Shown: piece after piece, positions 39,340 to 53,392 of the stretch
How the letters are laid out: each line of letters opens with the position of its first letter
Numbering within the stretch: position 1 is the stretch's first letter
Source of the DNA: Camelus dromedarius
Taxonomy: Eukaryota
NCBI RefSeq assembly: GCF_036321535.1
Contig: NC_087437.1
Location: 56,422,001-56,486,000, forward strand
DNA length: 64,000 bases
Direction of reading: 5' to 3'
Notes under the pieces: generated by a model
Seen by the model: the letters and a program-made list of their open reading frames with translations, nothing else
The model's database searches: none
What the model was told of the DNA's origin: nothing
Made by a program: the position numbers and the translations under genes

Positions 39340-39590
39340 CTTACTAGGACTGCCTTCACTAAATACCACCTATTGGGTGGCTTAAACAATGGAAATGTGT
39401 TTAATATGTTTTGTCACAGTCCTGGAGGCTAGAATTCAAAGAGCAAGGTGTCAGCAGGGTTGGTTTCATTTACCTCTCCTTGGTTTGTAGATGGACACCT
39501 TCTCTCCATGTCTTCATCTCATCTCCCCTCTTCTTCAGTGTCCTAATCTCCTCCTTCTTATGAGAACATCAGTTTTATTGGATTAGGGAG
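39340..39590. mobile_element. MLT1-type (MaLR) LTR fragment
   Basis: tgggtggcttaaacaa..tcacagtcctggaggctaga..caaggtgtcagcagggttggttt..attggattaggg. Confidence 0.75.
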
Positions 39591-41031
39591 CTGGAAAAGT
39601 CAGTCTAACCATTGATCATGACTTTGTTAAGCTGAAATGTACCTTCTGTAACTTCTACCTTTAGAATACTTCCTCAAAAGTAGACCTTTTGTTATTTGTA
39701 GGTAAAGATTATGCCTCCCACTCTCCTTTTCCATCTTATTACCACTGTCATGAGACATTTTTAATCATCCTCCCCTCCCATCTTGGGGAGAGGAATGCAT
39801 TCCCCAAACCTTCCATTGTATTTAATCTTAATTCATGAGTTATTAATTATGTAATATGTCTTAAATAGAAATCACACAAAAAAGTGGACAGTGAATGACC
39901 CAATCACACATCACCCTAAAAAATTACTGATCTTTTATTATCTATGTTCCCTTTATTGTTTTCCTATATATAGACACAGTTTTACATACATTCCATTTAT
40001 CTAACAAATATTTATTCACTGCCTACTGAAAGCTTGAACACTGCGCTAGATATAAGAAATAAAAAGAAAACACACATGGTCATACCTTTGTTTGAATTAT
40101 GATACAGTCAATTAAGGAATTGTCCAAGGTGCTGAGAATGAGAGACCTGATTTAGATGTGGGGGGTGCATAGAGAATGGCATAGACCTCTGTGTGAAGGG
40201 TGGGGTGGGCGATGGGAGAAGAACCATCCAGGCAGATAAAACGTCATTGTCTACAAACATTACAAATATAAATACAGTTCCCTAGCCATCTTAACATGTT
40301 TTATGTGTTTGTTAGGTTTTTCTTTCCCCCTTCTTGTTTGATTTTTTTTAATAGATGTGTACAATAACTTTGAGTGATTGTACCATGATTTCCTTTATGA
40401 TCGTCCTTTACATAGGTTTTTCTACTGATTCCAGCGTTTTCCTTGCTAGTAGAGCACTGGATGGGCATTTCTGATCACGTGCTCTCTCTATTTTCACTTT
40501 TCCTTTCTTCCGTTTGGGAAAAAAATCTCCAGAAATAGGATTACTAGGGCAAAAGTAAGGCTTTTTTTAAAGGCTTTGGAGACGTACTTGTTTTCTAAAA
40601 GTTATTTATACCATTATCAGACATGAGTTAATATGCTATTCTCACCTTTGCCTTTCCAGCACTGAGTATCATTGAGAATATTTTAAGGGTAAAATTAAAT
40701 ACATATATTTGTATATAAATATATATATATATGTAATTTCACCCTTAAAACATTATACACACACACACACTCACATACATATCACATATATATGTTTAGG
40801 AACATGTCTAAAAATGTACACATTTTAGTATATCGATCATAGTTAATTGTGTCTGTTTTTATTCTGTGATGTTAATTGGTATAGGAAATATCTCCGTAAC
40901 ACATTTGTTACACAAACTTGAGATATCAAGTCTCAAAACATAGCAGTACTTCACTTCGCTCATTTTAATGTGTTTAACTGTATGAAAAATGCAAATGAGA
41001 CTTCCCATTCATTGCATGTTTCTCTTTCCAG

Positions 41032-41218
41032 GAACACTACATATTGCAGCAAAGTTGCATTTCCTCTGGAAGTTGTTCAGAAAGATAGCTGCTTCAATTC
41101 TCCCATGAAAATCCCAGTTCAAAGATTGTATTTAGAATATGGTGTTCAGAAGATCACTTGTCCAAATGTAGATGGATTTTTTCCCTCCAGTGTCAAACCA
41201 ACTGTCACTTGGTATATG
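41032..41218 (+). CDS. IL1RAP: IL1RAP coding exon 3: (R)NTTYCSKVAFPLEVVQKDSCFNSPMKIPVQRLYLEYGVQKITCPNVDGFFPSSVKPTVTWYM
   Basis: tctctttccag| acceptor and ATG|GTAAGC donor. 187 nt, cumulative 537. Phase 2 in, phase 0 out. Confidence 0.98.
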
Positions 41219-42515
41219 GTAAGCAAATTAGAAGTCATTTACCCTTTCTAAAAAAGCAACGATTATTTGTTGACTCAATGTAGAAATAGATTTTTCTCAT
41301 CATACTTTTAATTTATTTCATAATCATTGTATACAGATATATTGCATCTTTCTCACTTTGTACCATTTTAAAGGAAGTGGTGAAGACACTTTGCCTCAGC
41401 TCACCATGTCTTAAATTACATTCACTGGACTACCAGAACTACCTGATTTCTGTTAACTTCTTATGAAATACAGTTTGAGAAATGCTGCCCACTTCTACTC
41501 ACTGCTGGGTGAGGTCAGAAGCTGCTAATTAATCTGGCAAATTTCAACTCTTTGGTTAGTCAGTAGTATATTATAATACTTGTATGTATTTTCATGTTTA
41601 CCCTCATTTGTGGGCACGGTTCATCTGTGGTCTCTTTCACATCCAAGAAATTTGGAGAGTGAAATCAAAATGAAAGTGTTGGAAGGTTGGCACTTGTGGC
41701 AGCAGCCTTGTTCTTAATCTCTTCAAATATCTGCCTGAGCCAAAGCCAAAAACTCCTGGACATCATTTAAAACAAAACTCAGTGATAAGCTATCCACAAG
41801 AATCACTTTCAATAAAGCAAATGAGGTAAATCACCAACACGACCTGTAAAGAATCAGCATATATAGGGAAGGAAGCAGATGGAAATCATGTGGTATCTGG
41901 TAGCCTTGAGAACAGAACCTCAAAAAGCCAGCAGGTACTCATCTGAACGTATGGTGAACCAACTGGGAGTGGAATCAAAGCAAAGAGGATCAGGACAATA
42001 TATGAGAAGGAAGGAGAATTGGCTAAAAATGGAGGAGCCAGAGTCAGGAAATCTCAAGACCACAGTTTTGAAGAAGGATCTCTGTGGAGTTAGAAAATCC
42101 TGCCAATTTCTAAAGCTCAGAAAAAACTAGTTTCACATACTAATGAGCAACCAAAAAAAGAAAAAAAAATCAAGGTAAATTCCTATTCAAAATTATAAGA
42201 AAAAAGGAGAATAAGAAGCAGAACATTTCTGTAGAAAAAAATAAATAAAAGCATGCCAGAAGGACACATTGTAACCTACAATTTCAAAAATGGAAACAAA
42301 GACATTACCAAGTGATACAAGATGAGGAAGAATAACAAAAAAATAAGAATTAGAAAGGTCCAGAAATTACACAACTTGGTAAAAAATTAAAAGATAATAA
42401 ATTGTTTTTCAGAAATAAAGTTAAACTAAGAGTAACATAACAGCAAATGAACCCAATAAATAATACTTTAAGATTAAAAGAAGGTGGAAGGAAGAAAAAA
42501 ATTTAATCAAAAATA

Positions 42516-43390
42516 AACCAAAACCACAGTGAGGTATCACATCACACCAGTCAGAATGGCCATCATTCAAAAGTCCACACATGGTAAATGCTGGAGAGGG
42601 TGTGGAGAAAAGGGAACCTTCCCACACTGTTGTTGGGAATGTAAATTGATGCAGCCACTGTGGAAAACAGTATGGAAATTCTTCAAAAAGCTGAAAATAG
42701 ACTTACCATATGATCCAGCAATCCCACTCCTGACCACATATCCACAGGAAACTCTAATTTGAAAAGATACATGCACTCCAATGTTCATAGCAGCACTATT
42801 TACAATAATAGCCAAGACATGGAAGCAACCTAAATGTCCATTAAAAGATGACTGGATAAAGAAGTTGTGAGATATATAGATATATAGATATATATGTCTA
42901 GATAGATATATATATTAGACACACACACAATGGACTACTTCTCAGCTGTAAAAAAAGAATAAAATAATGCCATTTGCAGCAACATGGATGGGCCCGGAGA
43001 TTGTCATGCTAAGTGAAGTAAACCAAAAAGAGAAAGAAAAATACCGTATGATATCACTTATATGTGGAATCTAGAAAAAAAAAAAACACAAATGAACTTA
43101 CTTACAAAACAGAGACAGACTCATAGATATAGAAAACAAACTTATGGTTACTGGAGGGAAAGGAGGTGGAGAGTGATAAATTGGGAGTTTGGGATTTGTA
43201 GTTACTACTATATATAAAATAGATAAACAACAGGGTCATACTGTATAGCACAGGAAACTATATTCAATACCATATATATATGTATACACACACATATATA
43301 CACACACACATATATATACACTATGCTGTACACCAGAAATTAATAAAACATTGTAAATTGACTATAATTTTAAAAAACTCAAAAAAGAAA
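42516..43390 (+). mobile_element. 5'-truncated LINE-1 3' end (ORF2 C-terminus with stops, 3'UTR, A-rich tail)
   Basis: ORF 42529..42762 reads [30 protein letters not shown]. It has premature stops and internal (TA)/(CA) microsatellites, and is homologous to the 8173-9450 element. Confidence 0.92.
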
Positions 43391-43419
43391 AATGATGAAT
43401 AAAAATAAAAAGGTTAGAA

Positions 43420-45050
43420 TGGATCTACCAATATCAGATAAAGTAGACTCTCAGGATAATTAATATTATCAGAGATAGAAAGGACTTTTCAGAATAACAA
43501 TAGGGTCAATTCATTAAGAAGGCATAAAATGATTAAAAGTATATATACTTAGTAACAGTGTTTCAAAATACATGAAGGAAAAGTTGACAAAATTAAAGGA
43601 ACAGATAGACAGTTCCATAATTCTAGTTGAAAGTTTGAGTATCTATCTATTTAAGTCATTAATGGACTGACTTAGTAGCCAACTTTAAGAGTTTTCTGTT
43701 GGCCAAAGATGGAACAATTTGAGCTTTAGTAAGGACATTAATTGCAGTAGGTCAAATCTCATGAATTGAGTTTAAATCCATAAGTTCATAATGATATTTC
43801 AAAATATTTAATTGGCCATATTTGGATGATGATAGAAAATAAATATGTTATCTTGAAAACTGGCTAATAAAGGGGGGGAATCAAGTTTTTATTCTACCTT
43901 TTCTGTGAGAAATGTACATTAATCAAATTGTTCAAGGAAGTGTGTTTTTATAAAGGTATATAATCACTTTGCAAACCCAATGCATTACTAAATGTAGGCA
44001 CTATTCATCAATGACTGCTAACGTCATAAGAAGGGAAACAGCCAGACATATTCCTTCTGATCAAAAAAGACATACTGCCTATAATTTTGCCAAATGGAGG
44101 AAATCTGAGTCTGATAAAACCTTTGGATCCTGCAGTCATTTTGCAGGAAATATGGAAAACAGAGGAATGTATAGACCTGCACCATGAGTTTGCAGTCAGC
44201 AAGTGAGAAACTCTATTGGCCAAATGTCTTGAGTTATTCAACAGATAGATTGTAAGAAAAAGAAAGATATAGAGTGGGAATATATAGATAAAAAGGAACA
44301 TAAAACACACTGAAAACACTATAGTGGGTGAAACTGTAGTATCTAAGGATGCACATATGAGCACAATTGTAAATGAAAACAAGAAAGTGATTTTACTATG
44401 AAAGTGTAGATAGTTTCCACTTTGGTGTGTAGTAAAGAAGGTGTGATTGACATGGGGCATGTGGAAGGCTTTCAAGGGTGACTGGGAATGTTTTATTCCT
44501 AGACCTGAGTGGTGGTTACAAAGGTATTTGCTTTATACTAATTTATTAGCTCATAAATATGTTTTCAGTGTTTTTCATGTGTACTTTATTCTACAATGAA
44601 ATGATTAAGAAGAAAGGACATAAGAAAAGAAAGGGAGCTGGGGGAGACTGATTTAAGATACGTAACAGCCAATTTCAGTGTATGGACCTTAATTGGATCA
44701 TGCTTTATTCAAACAAACTATAAAACCAATTATGAGAAAGGCATGGAAATAGGAGCAAGACAATATTGAGGACATTGATGAATTTTAAATTATGAAAATG
44801 GCAATGTAGTTAGCTTGCAGAAGGGGTCTTGACATTTAGAGAACACAGAAATAGTTATAAATAAAATTGTATAATGTCTGTAATTTGCTTTGAAATAATA
44901 GTGGGATGTAGTGAGTGGGTATAGATGAAATAAGACAGCCTGAATTGGTACTTTTGAGGCTAGATATGGATACAGGGCTCACCGTATATTCTATGATTGT
45001 AATTTTCCATAGTAAAATGCATAAAAGGGATTAAAATAATTATTTTAACA
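43420..45050 (+). mobile_element. Old L1M fragments (ORF2 endonuclease-region relic, then L1MC-like 3' end)
   Basis: A-rich decayed sequence with motifs such as atatcagataaagtagac and gggtcaattca..aagaag. Recalled similarity; boundaries approximate. Confidence 0.6.
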
Positions 45051-47093
45051 ATTTTACACCAATAAATGTAATATATCTTCCAGGTTAAAAAAAGTGTCCA
45101 TCTATATATCTGCAAAGAAGTCTCTCATTCCTAATTAAATCCTATTTACATTTTCTATATTTTGAATATTCTGTGGTCATTTTATTTTTATATAAATTCT
45201 ATCATTTTCTCTTCTTTTTTTCTCATGCATGCCCTCTGCCTGGAACATCCTCTTTTCCTTCTTTAGAACAGATCAAATTCTACAGCTTCATAAAATGGTC
45301 CCTGTTCTCTCCAGCAGAAAATTAATTTTCCCCCATATACTCCCATAGCTATTTAGCTATGCCTGTTTCAATGCCACTTTTCACTTCATTTATTGTTTTA
45401 TAGTCATTTGTTTATGTGTATATTCAATACATACTTGTTTAAGATCCACTGTATTCAGTGCAATATGTCAGAGGTTTGGGGGAAGACAGTAATGAATTAG
45501 ATACATGCCCTATTCAGCCTAATCCCAAAGAATCTCACAGTTTAATTCAAAAAGTTTATAAATAAGAATTCCTATTCTTATCAAATAGTAGGATTAGAAA
45601 TTCTACAAAAGTGTCAAAGAGAAGGTATTGTTGGTTTTAAGAAAAGAAACAGATTTATATGCATGCACTCCACGAGGTTGACTATTTTGTGCGGGTAAAG
45701 TTATCCCATATGTATCTCTGTGATTCCCAGATTTCTGGTTTCCTGATTGGTCTGATGTCAGTCGTATTAACCAAGGTATGAAATAGCAGAGGAGGAGCAG
45801 GTTTGGGGAGCAAGTAAGGAATTTTGATCATGTGTCATATTGAGTTAGATTTGTCTGGGAGCCATCTAGGTGGCAGTGACCAATAGTTAGTGGCTATTTG
45901 TGTATGGGTCTGGAGCGTAGAGCTTAGAAGAAAAATCAACTAGAGACAGAGAATTAAATGCATCCATGTGAGAGGTGAAGCCCTTAAAAAGCCAAAATAA
46001 AGTGATAAGAGAAAGAGGCTAAGATTGAAATGTGGAGAGAATGTTCATGAGGTGAATGAAAGCAGAAAGCCTAGAAAGAAGAACGAGAAAAAAAGGTCAT
46101 GGTAGTGAAACCATCACCACGGCAGATACCCAACGATGTGCAGGTGACCAAAAAGGACAAGCAATAAACTGCCATCCCTTCTATTCTCTGATTATGAAAC
46201 AAACTGCTATTGATATGTGGTATGCTGCTTTTTATTTCTCTACATTTGCCTAATGGACACCTTTACTCCTGGGAGTGCTGCCGTCTTGGGAACAAAATCA
46301 GGGTTGTTGGTAGCTGAGATCTCCTATCACGGTGTAGTAATGCTGCTATTGTTTTCTGCTTTCTACCTTCTGCAGTCACTCCTCCGTCCACTGAGGTATC
46401 TTTGCTCTCCTACAGTAGTCCTCTTGCAGTTGCTATCAGCTGAACTTCCTACTATGACACTGTAGAAACAGGCTCTTTCATTAATACAAATAACTATGAG
46501 AGTTAAAGGACACACTAATCAGTTCCAGCAAATTTGCTTTCCTGCTGGCAGCAGGGTGAAAACTCATGAATTGAAAAAAGGAATAGGAAACTGACTTTTG
46601 CATTTCACTAGCGCAGTATATAGGGCTAGGTACTTTAAAGGTCTTTAGATGCTATCATATGTGATACCATGATCAGTCAAGGTAGCTAGCATCCTTTTAT
46701 AGATTAGGAAACGGATGTTGAGAGATGTAAGACAATAGTAGTTAACATTTACCGAGCACAGGAATTCTTCCAAATGTTTTAATAAATTTACTTAATTATC
46801 TCAACACAAAGTGGACTCTGTTTTCTCCATTTTATAGTTAAGGAAACCGAGGTGTAGAATGGTTGAGTGATTTGTCCAAGGCGACATTGATTTGTTCAAG
46901 ATTCAACACTATGCAATCTGTATCAAGAGCCCAGACTTTTACATTGTCTTACATAATTTACTCAAAACAATCCGGCTGATAATAGGAGAATCTGGGGTCT
47001 CAGGCTAGTTCTGTGTGGCTCAAAAACCTTTGCTCTCCAGAAATGGCACATAGAACATGGTCCAGTCTTTACTTCTGGGGCTTAGGGCACTTT

Positions 47094-47254
47094 GCTAATT
47101 AAAAATTTTTTTTTTAATTTTTAGTATTTTTTGTAGGAGGAGGTCATTAGGCCTATTCATTTATTTATTTATTTTAATGGAGGTACTGAAGATTGAACCC
47201 AGGACCTCACGCACGCTAGGCAAGCGCTCTATCATTTGAGCTATACCCTCCCCT
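47094..47254 (-). mobile_element. tRNA-derived SINE (camelid Vic-1-like), full length
   Basis: The minus strand starts GGGGAGGGTATAGCTCA with a GGTTCAATC B box. Perfect 13-bp TSD CTTAGGGCACTTT at 47081-47093 and 47255-47267. Confidence 0.92.
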
Positions 47255-47500
47255 CTTAGGGCACTTTAAAGGGCAAAGTAATATTTGAACACAGATTGGG
47301 CTCTAGACTGGACTGTGGGACATAAGGACACCTATGAGGAGAAGTTCGTAGGAAATCAGAGGGAACTCAGAAAAGCTGAGATTTGGAGGGAACAGAAAAT
47401 CTAAAGTTTCTATTTCAGAATCTTAGAGAAATGGGGCAGGAATGAACCTTCCTCCTCTGTGTATCTTCTCTTCTTTCCTCCTCTCTTCTTCATGGCAGGG

Positions 47501-47501
<1 letters not shown>

Positions 47502-47536
<35 letters not shown>
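47502..47536. repeat. Poly(T)35
   Basis: Directly visible. Confidence 0.95.
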
Positions 47537-50500
47537 CATTCAGAGCCCAGGATTCACAGTTCTCTAATTCAACAATTCTGTGAGTTAAATTGATGTTTAG
47601 TAAATGTTTGCTGAGTAAGCCAGGTTTTGTAACTAGCCTGAAAAGCAAACCATGCTTTGTAAGTGATTTACTGAATTTCAAATAGCCAGCTTCTAAAAGA
47701 ACTTCTGAAACACAGCGTGTATAAATTGAAGACTGCCTGTTTATTCACAGAGACTTCTGATTACAGATTAGTAATGACATAAGTTAAGTATGATAGTGTT
47801 GTTGTTGTTTTTAGTATTATTATTAAAGTTATTCAGAGACCTGAGCTTTAAAATATGGCAAGCCATCTTAACTTTCTTACAACTGGATTATTTCTTTCTC
47901 ATTACTCTAATGAGGTATTTGTTTTTTTTCCCCAAAGATACTTGTAAAAATAAAGACAGTCTGCCCCTTTTTACTAAGGATCCAAGGGACCAATTTATTG
48001 AGTGTTTTGGATATTACATTTACAGCAGCTGCTGAAGTGCTCTCAACTGCTATTTCGCAAAAAAGGTATCATTCTGGATATCAATTTGCAAAAAAGCTGG
48101 TTGTCCTTGTCCTCAATGTGATCATCAAAATTGGTATGCTACTTCCACCTTTAATTTTTAGTGTGAAATTAATTAGAGTTGGTCAGATATTGTTTATAAA
48201 TCTCTTTCGGAAAATAGGAAAATCTTTGCTTTTTCTGACAAAGTGCCATGAGGAAAGCACATTTCTGAAAAGGCGCCAGGCTTGGCCTTCTTGTTAGCAT
48301 AGCACGTATTGTTGGGAAGCTAGTCCAAGGTCCATGGAATAGACTTTATTTTTAAAGTGCTTTTTTCTCAATTTGATCTGACAGCTTAGTTTGGTAGGTT
48401 CTTTATCTCTTTCGTTTTTCCACAGTGTCTGTATAGTGATTTTTAACCTTTGGCGTGAACAAAGTTTTATATCATATTTTCTTTCCAAACTATACATGTT
48501 TAATTCCATACATGCTTACATACACACAGCATTTCACATATAGTTTCAGGGCTTCTGAGGACCCAGGATTCATCTTTTTAACTCAAAGTCAGTTCAAATA
48601 TCTCTGAAGCCTTGTGGTTCAATTAGGCTGAATGAATCACCCACTCTATTAACTTATACCTCAACTTTGTTACCATAGTGATTGCATTTCTCTCTTTTGT
48701 ACTAAATAGTGACCTCTCTCTTTTGTTTTCCTTTGAGTATCAAGCATATATCATGAAACTGAGCCAATAAACTTTGTGTTCAGGAATTGATTAAATAATT
48801 GAATAAATTAGAGTGGACTAGATAATTCTGTGGAAATAAGGACCATTTCTGTTTTTACTGGACACTGTATGTCCAGCTTCTAACACAATGCCTGACACAT
48901 AGGAGGAATTTTGTAACTATTAATGTATAAACAATAGATGATGTACTTCTGCTCATTGAAAGTAGCTGGTATGTAGAAGTCTTGTGAGTCTTTGTGAACA
49001 AGTGTTGGGTATTTTATAACAATTTAATTTTGGAAGCAAAAATGTCAATAGATATTTCTAATTGTTCTAACCTCATATTTCAGTTAAACTCTTTACTCCC
49101 TCTTTCCCCACCCATCTTACAACTCACCCATCTCATGTGCTATAGTTCCATGTACTCACCTTCTTATTAGTATTCGCATATTGCATGAGCTTGCAGTTCC
49201 GTGTGTTTGTGTCTTTGCTCCTGTCATTCATATTTTTGATCATGCAACACCAATGTATTGAGCATTTACTATGTGCCCAGTATTGGACAAGTTGTTGGCC
49301 ATGCAGCAGTACTCATCCACCTCCGATTTCCCCCATCGAAGTAAATTTTCTAGAGGAAGAGATAAACATGGCAAGAGATCATTTAAGTTAGTTAAGTACT
49401 AGCATGGAGCGCAAAATGCTATAAAAGTGCAGGGAAGTTGTTTACACTTTTTTCTGTCCCTGGAGTGTCTCTCTCCATGTCTTTCCTCCTCCTGAATGGC
49501 TGTTAATACTCTACTTATCCTTTAAGATCCAGTTCAACTCTTGGTCCATGAAGATTTTCTAAACGTTTTCTGTTTGCTCTTCTTCCCCCACTTCCCCACC
49601 CCAATATGCCTTTCATTAGTATTCACTGTAATCCTCCACTAGACTACGTACCTATAGGTTAGGAACTGTATCTTTTCCATTTTTGTGCCTTAACACAGTT
49701 TTTTAAAAACTGTAGGTTTGTTGAATGGAAACATTTGTTCTTATTTAGTCATGACATCCCCCTCACCCACATCCCACATGTCACCACGTGATTTATTTCC
49801 TCTCAGATCTCAGAGTCATTTCTTGTGCTGTTCTTTACCTATGTGCTGTGGTAGGTTGCCATGGCTACCGTTATGTGGTTGAAAAATTGCTCCCCTGTTT
49901 AACTTCTCTCTTTTGAATTCAGAATGAGGAACTGATGGGTCAACTAAATGAATGACTCGTCTTCTAGTCAGATAGTGTTTGCTTCATAGTGGAATCCACT
50001 TACTGTTAACCCATCTCTTGTATTTGGAAACATGTGTATTTTTAAAATTCTTCGGGTATCTAGATCTTTGTTCATACCTTTTTTTCCTGAATTCCAAATG
50101 AATAATTTTGAAATCATCATCAAATTTGCAGGGTTTATTTTCAGGAAGAGTTTATTATGTTTAAAAATATTTTGAGTGTCTCAGATGCATGAAGGGTATA
50201 GAGAGGCAGCAACTTGTAAGAAATAAAGCTCATCAAACTGAAGGCTGAAGTTAATAGTTCAACAACGCCCTGAGACTACCCTCACCACACATGTACACTT
50301 AGAACATAAAATATTTTCTTTATTTGCTTTTATAGCATGCTATAGTTCTAATAGCTTTGAATTTTTTTTAATTTTCTTTTTCTTTTTCTTTTTTTTTTTT
50401 TTTGGTTAAACTAGTTAATTTAACAATTTTGAATGATCAGTTTTTTTCTGAGTAGTAAATTTGACCCCAAGCTTTTTCATTACTTTTTAATGGAATAGTC

Positions 50501-52598
50501 CTTAATTTGAAATATTTGTCTAGACCAATAAATTCCAAGAAAAACCTGTTCCAGACCTACAGTTTTATCTTACCTTATGGAAAGGAGAGAAAAATCCCAG
50601 AGAAACTTGACTTACACCACTGACATACAGGCCCAATGAGAGTCTTAATCACATCCAGCTCAAATTTCAAGTTTATCCCCATGGGTTTGGAATAAAATGA
50701 AGAGAAAGGGAGAATTAGCAAGAAGCCAACACATACCTGTTTGGTGTCATCTTCCTTGCTATTTAGATATGTCAGATTCCATTTCTCTCTTAATGGTAAG
50801 TCCATGAGGGCTGACCTTTTGTTCTGTTCAATGCTGTATTCTCAGAACATGAAACAGTGCCTGGCATGTAGTTTATCGATCAGTACTCAAGAGTGAATGA
50901 ATGAATGAATGAATGAGAAGACTTTGAGTCAAAAGGGTTTCTTTATATTTTTAGCATATACTATGACTTCTAAAACAATGTGTTTTAAATAGTTTTTACA
51001 TAGTGGCACTTGGTGAGTCAAATAGATTTCTTAGCCTTTTCTTAAGAAATTGACAAGTTTAGTACTAACAGCTTACTTCCTATTCTGAAAATTATGCTCT
51101 TCCAGTTTACCGCTAATTGTAGGAATCAGCCTCATGGAAGTGATAGAGCCGTATCACGCTATTAACACTGGGGCTGGCCCCCTAGTGGGGCAGATGTGCA
51201 GAACCACAGCATAGTGTGGGAAGACAGTGTCAGGTGAGAGTAGGAGCAAGGGTCTCAAAACACGTAGGTCTCCATTCCAATTCCAGCTCTGACACTGCCG
51301 CACTCTGTGACACTGGCAATTAGTTAACCTTTCTAGGGCTTTGTATTTTCATCTACAAAACGTGCATAAGAGCATTCCAAACTTGTTAAATTTGGAATAT
51401 GGATTGGATGAGATAGTGGAGTAATGTAAGACTGTAAGTGCATGTCTCAGTATAATTTTTTCAGCCTCAACTGATGACTGAAGATTGGTGTTCATTCTTC
51501 ATTAAAAAACTAATGAAAGACCTTTACTCGGCCGTCTAAAAAAAACTGTTTTAGCTCTGCGCTGTATTATTTAGAAGATCTCTTGATCTATCTCATTTTT
51601 TTCACCTGTAAAAGCATATTTAATCCGATTTGTCCGCTTCACAGGGACTTATGAAAGCTAAGCTAAGAAGTGAGAGGAAAAAATAGCTTTGAACTGTTTA
51701 AAAGGAAGGTGCCAGAACAATCAAAAAGAGTTCTACAGATAATCTAAACTCAATTTAAACCAAATCTGACATAAATTTATTATAAGAGTACAGGGTTTTG
51801 TGGCCTTATACTTTGTGATAACCTGAGAGTATTAGAATATTTTGCTGATTTGACTAGTGTCTAGAAGCACTGCTTATCAAAACAGGATAAACCGTATTCA
51901 GAAAAATAAGTTAACTGAGTATATATCGGCTTCCTCTTGATCATCGTCTCCATGAATCAGAAGTTTAGTGCTACTCTTAAAAGGCATATTTCCTGTGACG
52001 AAGAATTACAAAATGTTCCACTTAGTGTAACTGTCATATTTCAAAACACATGCTCCAGGAATTGAAGAAAGACAACCTTGAGTGTACAAGAATTAAAGTT
52101 AAATATATGAACACAGGAAATTGAAAGTACAAGCTGGTAATAGACTCCCAGAATTTTAAGATCTAAAGGACTTTAGAGATAAGCCAATTCTTTTTGACAG
52201 ATAGTATTGATTTTTAAAAGAAAAACACAAAAGTAAATGTTCAGCACATATTTTTGTCACATATGATATATTGCTTTTTTTTTATTTAAAAGAAAATATA
52301 GCCAATTAGGGGAGGAGAGATCAGAAACAGGATTCTAGTTGTGTTGAATGAAATATTTCAACGTCAAAATTTTGAAAATCAACAGAGTTATATGAAAATA
52401 TGAGCTGGAGAAGAAATAAACTCTTTTTTTTTTAACTCTTTTAACTTCGGTAAAACTCAAAATATCTTTTATTTTTAAATTCCAGGGTCTGTACTATTCA
52501 ATTATAAAAAATAAGAAAAGTAGACAAAAAAACACAAAAAATGTTTGGAAATAACTGATATAGTGATTCAGCAGAGTGGTCAAGAATGCCAAATTCAA

Positions 52599-52748
52599 GG
52601 GGGAGGGTAGAGCTCAGTGGTAGAGTGCATGCCTAGCAAGCATAAGGTCCTGGGTTGAATCCCTGGTACTTCTATTAAAATAAATAAGTAAATGAATACA
52701 CCTAATTGTCTCCCCTCACACAACCCCCCAAAAAAAGAATTAAAAAAA
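52599..52748 (+). mobile_element. tRNA-derived SINE (camelid Vic-1-like)
   Basis: GGGGGAGGGTAGAGCTCAGTGGTAGAG (A box), then GGGTTGAATCC (B box) and an A-rich tail. Confidence 0.9.
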
Positions 52749-53226
52749 GAGTATCAAAACAGACATCTAAAACAGGGCCTAGTTTATCAAAGTGACTGTA
52801 TTCCTGAATTAACATAATCAGTGAAGAAATGTGGGAAAATGAAAAATAATTGCTTTTTAAATAGCAGAGCATGCATTTGCTTAAGTGACTTTAATCATTT
52901 TTCGAAATTTTAGCCTTGCTTTTCTATTAGCATGGAAATCTCAGAATTCGAAAACTAGGACTTGAGACAGGAACCTTGTGGTTTTGAATTCATATTTCAG
53001 TTCAGAATTTTCATTTTCATCTTGCAGAAAAGATAATGAAGTTTATTGCATTAATTCTCTGGAGGAACATCATCAAATACTTGACCAAAATAGTTTTGTA
53101 AAAAGTACAGCTGGCTTAGATATTTGTATGTTCTGTGCAAACTTGGATGTCTGTGAGTATATATGTGTTTGTATATTGTCTATGCATGTATGTAAACGAT
53201 AAACATTTTTTTCCTTTACTTCTTAG

Positions 53227-53392
53227 GGTTGTCATAAAGTACACAACTTTAATAATGTAATTCCTGACGGCATGAACTTGAGTTTTCTCATAGCCTTGGT
53301 TTCAAATAATGGAAATTATACATGTGTTGTTACATATCCAGAAAATGGACGTACCTTCCATCTCACCAGGACTCAGACTGTAAAGGTGGTAG
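53227..53392 (+). CDS. IL1RAP: IL1RAP coding exon 4 (Ig domain 2): GCHKVHNFNNVIPDGMNLSFLIALVSNNGNYTCVVTYPENGRTFHLTRTQTVKVV(G)
   Basis: Pyrimidine tract with tcttag| acceptor and TAG|GTAAGC donor. 166 nt, cumulative 703. Contains the Ig GNYTC motif. Not in the ORF track; translated by hand. Confidence 0.97.

Noticed and set aside
40970..41251. 93-aa ORF as an independent gene
   Set aside because: It is the IL1RAP exon 41032-41218 plus incidental open intronic flanks.
44008..44475. 155-aa minus-strand ORF
   Set aside because: It lies in a decayed L1 3' region and has no recognisable protein features.
52599..52675. tRNA-like sequence with A and B boxes (also at 62851 and 47254)
   Set aside because: A-rich tails, TSDs on two copies and multiple diverged copies identify these as SINE heads rather than tRNA genes.
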